64,000 nucleotides of DNA from Phaeosaccion multiseriatum (taxonomy: Eukaryota; Protista; Ochrophyta, other classes). Shown in pieces: positions 45,433 through 64,000 of the stretch. The DNA lies in NCBI GenBank assembly GCA_965112735.1, contig OZ218963.1, forward strand, positions 620,001 through 684,000. Direction: 5' to 3'. The notes below the pieces were generated by a model that worked only from the letters and a program-made list of their open reading frames with translations, did not search any database and was not told where the DNA came from. The stretch's first letter is position 1. Every line of letters starts with the position of its first letter. A program made the translations under genes and the position numbers.

Positions 45433-46569
45433 CAACAGCAACAGCGGAGTCAGCAGTAGCATGAACAGGGGGATGGCAGTGGATGGCAGCAGGAGTAGTA
45501 GAGTCAAGTCGGCAAACACCGATGGCTCCAGCAGGGGGATGGCAGTGGATGGCTCCAGGAGCTCACTCACCTCCACGTCACACCAACGTGCAGCATCAGA
45601 AGGAGGAGGAGGAGGAGGAGGAGGAGGAGGGGGAGGAGGAGGAGCAGGAGGAGGGGGAGGAGGAGGAGGAGGAGGAGGAGGAGGAGGAGGAGGAGGAGGA
45701 GGAGGAGGAGGAGGAGGAGGAGGAGCAGGAGGAGCGGGAGGAGGAGGAGGAGGAGGAGGAGGAGGAGGAGGAGGAGGAGGAGGGGGAGGGGGAAGGCGGC
45801 GATCACGGACTAGTAGCGGCACAAGTAGTAGCAGCAGCTACAGGGGGATGGCAGTGGATGGCAGTAGCAGCAGCTACAGGGGGATGGCAGTGGATGGCAG
45901 TAGCAACAGCTACTGGCTCCAAAAAGGCGAAGTTGAAGTTGGTGAGGAGAGAGAGAAACAAACGGCGGTGGGCTCCTCTTTGTACTCTGCAGTCGCATTG
46001 GACGATGTAGAGGGTATGAGCATGTTGGGAGGAGGAGGAGGAGGAGGAGGAGGAGGAGGAGGAAATGGAGCAGGAGGAGGAGGAAATGGAGCAGCAGGAG
46101 GAGGAGGGGGAGGAGGAGCAGGAGGAGGAAATGGAGCAGGAGGAGGAAATGGAGCAGGAGGAGGAAGGGAGGATGTGGAGGAGGAGGAGGAGGAGGAGGA
46201 TCACCGCATGCTCTCCGTCGATGCTGCTGTCGAGGGAGTGAGAAGCTCACGGAAACAGCAACAGCAGTTGGTGATACAGCAGGAGCTCTGGCGACTGTCC
46301 CAGCAGCAGCGATTTAGAATACTTGGAGAGTACTGTGTGGGGGCGAAAGAGGGCGCTGCGAGGACTGGATCACCAACTGCTGTACGTGAGAAGAAGGGGG
46401 GAAGGCCTCAATGCAGTCGAAAGATGCGTCCCCCATCACAGGCAGAGGAAGGAGGAGGAGGAGGAGGAGGAGGAGGAGGAGGAGGAGGAGGAGGAGGAGG
46501 AGAAGGAGGAGGAGGAGGAGGAGGAGGAGGAGGAGGAGGAGGAGGAGGAGAAGGAGGAGTTGGGAGGGA

Positions 46570-46601
<32 letters not shown>

Positions 46602-47349
46602 TTGGGAGGGAGGGGGGGGGAGGAGGAGAGGCGCGAGGTCGAGCCGGGGTCTTGGAACCGGTGGGGGCACGGAAGGAGCAGCAGAAATGCAGCTATCGGC
46701 ACTATCAAGTCCACGGCAGGCAGGGCCTCTCAGCAATGGTTGCAGCAGCAGCAGCAGCGGGGTCTGGGGGGGCGGAAGGAGGAGGAGGGGGGGAAGGAGG
46801 AGGAGGAGGAGGAGGAGGAGGAGGAGGAGGAGGAGGAGGAGGAGGAGGAGGAGGAGGAGGAGGAGGAGGAGGGAAGAGAGATATGCGGAATGCCCTCGAG
46901 CAGTACCGGAGGGTGCTGCGACAGGCAACAGCAGTTGGTGATACAGCAGTCGATGATACAGCAGTTGGTGATACAGCAGCAGTCGATGATACAGCAGTTG
47001 GTGATACAGCAACGGGTGATGCGGCAGAGGCTGTGGATGCGAGTGTTGGCAGAGGGTACGACGACGGCCCCGATCCGACCTTCCCAATCATGCGGCGGCC
47101 GCTGTTGGAAGCAATGGCACTGACGCCAACCAAGACGGCGCCTTGGCTTGTGCTGCGGTGTATTCAGTACCTGGAGGGGAATGCCATGACGGTGAGTGGA
47201 GGGGAGGGAGGGAGAAAGGGACTTGGTGACCCCCGAAGGGAGGGAAGGAAGGAGGGAGGGAGGGAGGGAGGGAGGGAGGGAGGGAAGGGAGCTTCTCTGT
47301 CCCTTTCTCTTTCTGTCATTCTTTCTTGCTCTTGCATTGAACGAACCCC

Positions 47350-47392
<43 letters not shown>

Positions 47393-48156
47393 AGTAGACG
47401 GATGGCATTTTCAGGCACTCCAGTGGAGGAGACGATCTCGCTGAGCTGAGGGGCGCCGTTCAGTCAGGCAAGTGGGTGGGTTAACGGTGCCATTGATGAG
47501 GTGAAGGGGGGTTAACGGGGGTTAACGGGGGTTACTGACGGTGGATTTAGGGGGGGGTTAACGGAGCCAGCCATTAAGTCACCGCCTCTTCGGCGAGTGA
47601 GGTGCGTGGGGCGTCGCCTCGCCTCTCCCCTCTCTCCCCAATCGAACAATTGTGCTGTTAAAAGTGCCCAATCGAACATTGTGCTGTTAAAAGTGCCTTT
47701 ACACGGACCGTCTTTGGACTGTGTCTGAACTGTCGTTCACTGTTTTTGCACGTCCTTTGGAACCGCAGGCAAGCAGATCCTGTGGGACCCCTTGTGGAGG
47801 GGTGGGGGAGAGGGCGGAGGGGCGGTGCCCTTCGTAGAGATTCGCGACCAACACGCGGTTGCCGGGCTGCTAAAGGCCTACCTGAGGGAGTTACCAGAAC
47901 CGCTTTTTCCTTACTCGGTGTACTCCATGGTAAGGGAGAGAGAGAGGGAAGGGGGACGAGGAGAGAGGGAGCGAGGGAGGAGGGAGGGAGGGAAGGAAGG
48001 GGGGAGGGATGGAGGGAGGGGGGGGGGGTGGTGAGGAAGGGAGATAAAGATAGATAGATAGAGAGAGAGGGAGAGAGAGAGAGAAAGAGAGCGAGAGAGA
48101 GAGAAAGGGAGATAAGAGAGAGAGAAAGGGAGAGAGAGAAAGAGGGAGAGAGAGAG

Positions 48157-48206
<50 letters not shown>

Positions 48207-48804
48207 GAGAGAGAGGGGGAGAGAGGAGAGGGAGAGAAAGAGAGAGGGAGAGAGAGGGGGGGGGGGGCATGGTACAGAGTGGCCCTCTCCTCCCTCCCCC
48301 CCCTTAAGGCGTCGCTCACCCTCACCCCCATGCCCGCGTCTCCTTCTGCTCTCCTCTCCTCTCCTCTCCTCTCCTCTCCTCTCCTCTCCTTTCCTCTCCT
48401 CTTCTCTCCTCTCCTCTCCTCTCCTCTCCTCTCCTCTCCTCTCCTCTCCTCCCCTCTCCTCTCCTCTCCTCTCCCCTCCCCTCCCCTCCCCTCCCCTCCC
48501 CTCCCCTCCTCTCCTCTCCCCTCCCCTCCCCTCCCCTCCCCTCCTCTCCTCTCCCCTCCCTTCCCCTCCCCTCCTCTCCTCTCCTCTCTTTTCGGCTGTG
48601 GGTATCCCGTAAGGTTATGTCCGTCGCACGGAGCTACGGCCGCAAGGACCGTGCTCGCTGGATACAATCCCTTCGAGCCATCTTGTGGTCCGTACCGGCA
48701 GGGCATTATACGTGTATGAAGGTGAGGGAGAGGGGAGGGGGGGTGGGGTGGGTGGGAGGGAGAGGGAGGGGGAGAGGGGGTGGGAGAAGGATAGAGGGAG
48801 AGAG

Positions 48805-48843
<39 letters not shown>

Positions 48844-49478
48844 GAGAGAGAGTGTGTGAGAGAGAGAGAGAGAAAGAGAGAGACGGAGAGAGAGAGGGGG
48901 ACAGATGGACAGAGAGAGGGACTGAAGAAAAGAAAAGGGATAAAGAGAGCGAGAAGAACCTCACTCCCTCCCTCTCCCTCCGTCCCTCCATCCCTCCCTC
49001 TCTCCCTTCCTCCCTCTCTCCATCCCTCCCTCCCTCCCTCCCTCCCTCCCTCCCTCCCTCCCTCCCTCCCTCCCTCCCTCCCTCCCTCTCTCCCTCTCTC
49101 TCTCCCTCTCTCCCTCCCTCCCTCCCTCCATCCATCCCCTTCCCATTCTATCTCCCTCCCTCCCTCCCTCCCTCCCTCCCCTCCCTCCCTCCCTCCCCTC
49201 CCTCCCTCCCTCCCTCCCCTCCGTCCCTCCCTCCCTCCCCCCCTCCCTCCTTCCCTCGACTCTCCATGTAGGTGCTCTTCGGCTTCCTCAAGAGGGTGGC
49301 AGGGCATGCTGCGCAGAACCGCATGACGGCCGAGAACTTGGGCATCGTGTTTGCACCCAACATCATAAAGTCGAGAGACAGCAACCCCTTCAGCACACTG
49401 AGAGACTTACGGTATCAAACTCGAACTGTCCAGTGGGTCATTGAGGAGTACGAGGATGTATTCAAGGAGGACGGGTAG
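44041..49478 (+). CDS. RhoGAP-domain protein with a long low-complexity (poly-G/S/E) N-terminus. Exons 44041-44133, 44273-44488, 45203-47191, 47398-47467, 47769-47929, 48614-48721, 49272-49478
   Basis: PWLVLRCIQYLE..TDGIFR (arginine finger), HAVAGLLKAYLRELPEPLFP and NRMTAENLGIVFAPNI are RhoGAP signature blocks. One intron is GC-AG. Confidence 0.92.
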
Positions 49479-49677
49479 TGAAGGGAGGGGGGGGGGGGGG
49501 AGGGAGGAAGGGAAGGGAAGAGGGAGGAAGGCGTGAAGAAGGACCAAAAATGGCCTTCGTGTCTGGACATGTGAGGGAGAGTAAAGGAGCGAATTAGGTG
49601 GGAACGAAGGCCTTTGTAGGACGACAGTAAGGCCAATTTTTGGAGGGAGATACTTGTAGGAGTGAAGGAATGAAAGG

Positions 49678-49721
<44 letters not shown>

Positions 49722-50032
49722 CTCTCTTCTCTTTGTGTGTTTACGCTCTTCCCCCCCCCGGGTCCCCCCCTTGGGTGTAGCAGGGGTGCGTTACTTTTGC
49801 CATAATTGACAGTCACAATCCGTGCAGTGTAGCAGCACTTAATAATACATCTTACAGCAGTGTGTGCTCACTTTTACGGTCTGGACGTTTCAGAAAACTA
49901 TGGAGCTACACCCACAGACACAACGAGGAGAGAGAGACAGAGGAAGAGAGACTCGCGCTTGTTGTCTCCTCCTCTTCTATGGGGCCTCTTTACTTTGAGG
50001 GCGTGGTGCACTGGTGCACTGGTGCGGTAGGA

Positions 50033-50950
<918 letters not shown>

Positions 50951-51367
50951 GGATACGATTTTAAGGTTTTAAAAGTTAAAAATTAAAAATTAGGCTTTGC
51001 TTGGCGCATGCCGGACGGGGGAGGGTGGGAGGTACTCTATTCAAGCAAGCAAGCCCCGGGGGGGGCACGGCAATCTCCTTCTGTTGTACGCAGAGTACAA
51101 CAACAGCACAGCACGATTTTGTTGACACAGAAAGCGGGGGGTTGTCTGTTGTCTGCCCGCCGGAGAAGAGGAGGAGGAGAGGAGAGGAGAGAAGAGAAGA
51201 GGACAGATATCGATCCTTCTGTATCTCACGAATCTCTGAACCAATCTGTCCTCCTCCTGCTCGGTCGGGGTGGACTCTGCCCCTGTGTGCCCCTTTGGTC
51301 AATCCATGATGATGATGCCAGCCTTGACCCTCTGTATCACCAACACGCTCACTTGCCAACTTGTTGG

Positions 51368-51402
51368 TCACTTGTTGCCTCGGAGCTTTCGTTGGATGCG
51401 GT

Positions 51403-51454
<52 letters not shown>

Positions 51455-54282
51455 GAGAGAAAAAAATGACTAAGTAATCCGCCTCGAATCACTCACGCGC
51501 TCACCCACTCATCTACTCCCTTACTCACTCACTCACTCCTTCACTCACTTTCTCACTTGCTCGCTCCCGCCCTCCCTCCCTCACTCACTCACTCACTCCT
51601 TCACTCACCCACTCACTCACTCACCCACTCACCCACCCACCCACTCCGTCCACTCACTCACCCACCCACCCACTCCCTCCACTCACTCACTCACTCACTC
51701 ACTCACCCTTCTCCTCCCCTCCCTCTGTCCCTCCTTCCTTCCCTCCTTCCCTCCCTCCCTCCTTCCCTCCCTCCCTCCCTCCCAATGTATCTATCACCTT
51801 CCCTCCTTCCCTCCACCCTACACTTACCCGATGGTACCAAACACACACATGGCCCCAAACACGCCCATCAATCCAATGGTGTGGGCAAACACAATGCACG
51901 AAATGACCATGCTCAGCATCTGCCGACAGGTCATGATGATGGTAAAGATGATGGGTCCAAACTTTTTGATGGTGTAGAAGATGAAGAGCTGCCCTGTGGC
52001 CGAGGTGATGGAGAGAAGCATTATGTGGAACTTGGCCAGAGGGTAAACGGACAGGAAGTTCAGGCAGAGGATCAGCTCTCCAGCCTGTTGGTATATGTGT
52101 ATGTATATGGTATGTATTTGTGTGTGTGTGCGTATCACCAACGGGTGTGTGTGAGAGGTGTGTGTATAACGTTATGGGCGTGTGTGTGTGTGTGTGTGGA
52201 GTAACGGGAGGTAGTAGGTACGAAAGTATGTTGGAGGGAGGGAGGGAGGGAGGGAGGTAGAGAGGGAGGGAGGGAGGGAGGGAGGGAAGGAGGGAGTGAG
52301 GGAGGGAGGGAGGGAGGGAGGGAGGGGAGGAGGGAGGGAGGGAGGGAGGAAGGGAAGGAGGGAGGGAGGGAGAGAGGAAGGGAGGAAGCAATGCACGGAT
52401 AAACGTAGGAGATGGGTTAGGCTGTGTGGAAAAGGCACCTACCTCCTATTAAGTCAATAAACAAACTCTACCTTCACCCACCCCCTGTGCACCCCCTTTT
52501 CATCAGCCCCCCTCCCCTCCCTCGCCCCCTCCCTCCCCTTCCTCCCTCCCTTTATCCACTTCATTCCCCTCCCGTCCTCCCTTCCTCCCCTCCCCCTCCC
52601 TCCCTTCATCCCCTTGATCCCCTTCATTCCCTCCCTCCCTCCCCTCTCTCCCTCTCTACCTGCTCCGTCCCTCCCTCCCTCCCTCCATCCATCCATCCAT
52701 CCCTCCCTCCCTCCCTCCCTGCCTCTCCCTGTCCCTCCCTCCCTTCCCTCCCTCCCTCCATCACTCCCTCCCTCCCTCCCTCCCTCCCTCCCTCCCTCTC
52801 CCTGTCCCTCCATCCATCCATCCATCCATCCATCCATCCCTCCCTCCCTCCCTCCCTCCCCTTCCCCTCCCTCCCTCCCTGTCTTCCTGCCCCCTCCCCC
52901 CCGCTCACTACCTCACTCACTGACATACTCAGAGCATCTCTATCTTGTGGGGGTTGAAAGGATGCCAAAGACTGCTCATACCTAGCATCCTACCGATTTA
53001 CTGACTGACTCACTGACTTACTGACTTACCCAGATCATCTTCATCGAAGTGAAGAGAATGCTAAAGAGGTTAATGCCCAGCATCATTTGGTATTGATCGA
53101 TGCTGTACTTCTTGAACACCCTATCTTGCCACTGGGAAGTGAAACTGTCACAGGTGAGGTACATGGCTACCAGCAGGAGACCCCACACCTGTTGGTGATA
53201 CAGGGGAGGGGGGGAGGGAGGGAGGGAGGGAGGGAGGGAGGGAAGGGAGGGAGGGAGAGAGAGAGGGAGGGAGGAAGGAAGGGAAAGGAGGGTGGGAGGG
53301 AGGGAGGGAAGGGAGGGGAGAGGAGGGGGAGACAACAGTGTAAGCACAACGCCTCAAAGTCTTGTGTCCTCCCTTTTTTCGATGGTGTGATAGTGAGCTG
53401 AAATAACGCCATGACAGCGACAGTGGCAGCCTATATATATATATATAAGCCATGCTCCCCCTTGACCGCTGCGGAAGGAAGAAGCTGACAGAAGCTGAAA
53501 GAAGGCCACAGCGCTCCCCCACCCCTTCTCTCTCCCCCTCTCTCTCTATCCCTATCCCCCCCCACCCCTTCTCTCTCCCCCTCTCTCTATCCCTACCCCC
53601 CCCCACCCCTTCTCTCTCCCCCTCTCTCTATCCCTCCCCCCCTCCCCCTCCCTCTCCCCCTCTCTCTCTATCCCTCCCCCCCACCCATTCTCTCTCCCCC
53701 TCTCTCTCTATCCCTCCCCCCCACCCCTTCTCTCTCCCCCTCTCTCTATCCCTCCCCCCCTCCACCTCCCTCTCCCCCTCTCTCTCTATCCCTCCCCCCC
53801 ACCCATTCTCTCTCCCTCTCTCTCTATCCCTCCCCCCCCCACCCCCACCCCTTCTCTCTCCCCCTCTCCCCCTCCCCCTCCCGTTCTGTATCACCAACCC
53901 ACTAACCTGCGTGGCCTTCTCCTCCCCATCCTTGGGGTCCCCATTGGATAGCCCAAACAGACTCACTCCCACGGTGATGCCCACGGCCTCAAAGTACTCG
54001 ACCCACGGGTAGGAGCGGCCGTGCACGAACTTTCCCACCAGCATCACCGGGATGACCTTGCACGACTTGCTCACCACCTGTGGGCAGATGATGATGATAT
54101 TGGATGATGGTATTGGATGATGAAAGTTTGAGATTGATTCAAGTTTTGAGCTTTTTGAGTTTGAGTTTCAGTTTTGGAGATGTGTGTGGGTGCCGTCTTT
54201 TAAAGTGGACTCTCTCCCCTCTACCCTGCCCATATGCCACTACCCTTGCAGCTACCCATACACCTCTACCCCAGCCTATATT

Positions 54283-54326
<44 letters not shown>

Positions 54327-55825
54327 CATATACCTGCATGGGGAAGCTGATGTAATGGAGACACTCGTACTGTGCCCAGCTACTGAGGACGTTGGAGATG
54401 GAGCATGGAGAGAACTGCAGGAGGGGGGCGTTGGGTTTGCGCGGACCGGGTGGCGCTGACAGGGGGAGGGGAGGAGGGGAGAGGGGAGGGGAGGGGAGGA
54501 GAGGGGATGGGAGGGGAGGGGAGGGGGGGGGAGGGGAGGGGAAGGGAGGGGAGGGGAGGGGAGGGGGGGGGAGGGGAGGGGAGGGGAGGAGAGGGGAGGG
54601 GAGGGGGGGGGGGGGGGGGGGGGGGGGGCGGGGAGGGGAGGGGAGGGGAGGGGAGGGGAGGGGAGGGGAGGAGAGGGGAGGGGAGGGGAGGGGAGGGGAG
54701 GGGAGGGGAGGGGAGGGGAGGGGAGGGGAGGAGAGGGGAGGGGAGGGGGGGGGGAGGGAGGGGAGGGAAGGGGAGAGGGGGGGGGAGGGGAGGGGAGGGG
54801 AGAGGAGAGGGGAGGAGAGGGGAGGAGAGGGGAGGGGAGGGGAGGGGAGGGGAGGGGAGGGGAGGGGAGGGGAGGGAGGGGTAAGAGAAAAGTAGCGAGT
54901 AAGGGGGCGGGGGGGCGTTGGGAAAGGAACAAGAGAGAGAGGAGTAGAAGCATACGGACGACATGTGGGTGTGTGTGGGGGAGCTGATGAGCTATGTGCT
55001 TTCTCTCGGGGGTTGTTGCGGCAGCTGAGCTGTTGCTCGCTCTCTCTCGCTCTCTCTGCGCTGCCTCACCTCCACCCGCCCACTCCAAAACGGGCGAATA
55101 CACCAAAATCACGGCCACAAGGAGGGCAAGCAGCCTGTTCGAGAAGACGATGAAGATGGAGGAAGGGAACATGTCCGGAGGCTCTCCCTCGGGTGCATAT
55201 GAGCTCTTCATGACCACTTCTTGGAGGTAGCCCCAGGTGAGGTAGGAGCCCTGCAGTCCGACAAAACAGAGGGCAAGAATGATGCCCTTGCGAAGGGTGG
55301 ATTCGGCAGGGGGGACGCCAACCGCGGAAGAACTTTGTATTTTGGGAAAGGGAGAGAGGGAGAGAGGGGGGGGGGGGGAGAGAGAAATGAGAGAGAGGTA
55401 GAGAGAGAGGGATGAAAGGAGACAGAAAGGATTGGCATTGGCATTTAGAGAGACAGACGGGGATAAGGGAGGAAGGGCAAAGAAGAAGAGGGGCAGTGGA
55501 GTGGAGGGGAAGGATGGCGTCATCTATAAATCTCACCCATAAGACTGATTACGAGCCCTCTGGCAACCAAAAAGAACCCATCTCGCCCCCTCCTGTTTAT
55601 CTCAAGTTTTCTCCTCCCCCTCTCTAACCTGTTCTTCTCCTCCCCCTCCCTGAGCAGCTGATTGATCTCCATACTCCCATCCTCGAGCTCCAGGGGCGTT
55701 TTTCTCTGCTGGTCCTCAGTCATCTTGCTGCTGCTGCCGCGCGGGGTACTGCTGGCTGATCTCAGCGTATCGTCACGGTCTCGTTGTCCCGGTCGATGGC
55801 TGGGCGTAGGTCGATGGGTGGCCAT
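51368..55825 (-). CDS. SLC35B2: UAA-family nucleotide-sugar/PAPS transporter (SLC35B2/PAPST1-like). Exons approximately 55825-55629, 55332-55070, 54456-54334, 54077-53907, 53188-53030, 52084-51828, 51404-51368
   Basis: [74 protein letters not shown] and [25 protein letters not shown]. The start could be 55825 or a downstream ATG. Confidence 0.9.
54470..54880 (+). repeat. (GGGGA)n pentamer array, intronic
   Basis: Direct inspection. Confidence 0.9.
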
Positions 55826-56270
55826 CTGTGAGGGGGGAGGGGGGCTTCCTTGTTCTTCCCCTTCTCTCTCTCCCCAAACAACCTCTGCCTCTTCTTTGAT
55901 CTAGTCCGAAGGGGGGGATGGTGTCCCTTTCAACAAAAGGTGTTCTCACATTAAGTTTCAATCGATGGTTTTTTCTTTGTGTAATTTCTCTTTTAGTAAG
56001 CACTAACACGTAAGTTGCATTACGTAAGCAAAGATGAACAACCTCTGGGTTAAGGTGGGGGAAGAGCCGTTTCGACAGTTTCGAAAATGTGGGCCATTCA
56101 CGCCCTTCCTTCCTTCCCTTCTATTTGTGTTCTTGTGCTTCCCCACACCTTCCTATTCACATTCGAGTGGAGGGCAGTGGATGGCAACGGAGGGCAGTGA
56201 ATGGCAGTGGATGGTGGCCAGGGTGGGCTTCAGACGCTAACTCTCCACCTGCATCGTGGCGAGAAGCTTA

Positions 56271-64000
<7,730 letters not shown>

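Overview
Gene-dense eukaryotic nuclear DNA with many spliceosomal GT-AG introns that are packed with microsatellites. The lineage cannot be fixed from this window; a protist or alga is plausible. Most ORFs in the supplied track are repeat artefacts. Splicing the exons by hand gives nine genes: (-) nuclear-encoded mitochondrial F1-ATPase alpha (3' end runs off the window); (+) a low-complexity protein with a C-terminal PH-like domain; (+) villin (gelsolin repeats plus headpiece); (-) CCT1/TCP1-alpha with a GroEL-like GGM tail; (+) a multi-EF-hand repeat protein; (+) an EF-hand/ankyrin protein; (+) a RhoGAP; (-) an SLC35B2/PAPST1-like nucleotide-sugar transporter; (-) an NCoR/Snt1-like double-SANT protein (5' end off the window). 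The strongest unexplained signal is a dispersed non-microsatellite 11-mer, GTATCACCAAC/GTTGGTGATAC. I count 28 exact copies against about 0.03 expected by chance. It sits at a fixed offset and orientation after splice donors, forms or abuts splice acceptors, brackets some introns as inverted repeats, and is also embedded in coding exons in three reading frames. It co-occurs with purine-to-pyrimidine polarised introns, frequent AAG acceptors, a second dispersed motif (CCATCCACTG), and evidence of recent intron gain. Together these may indicate an undescribed splice-site-linked cis-element or introner-like system. All exon models are manual predictions without transcript support.
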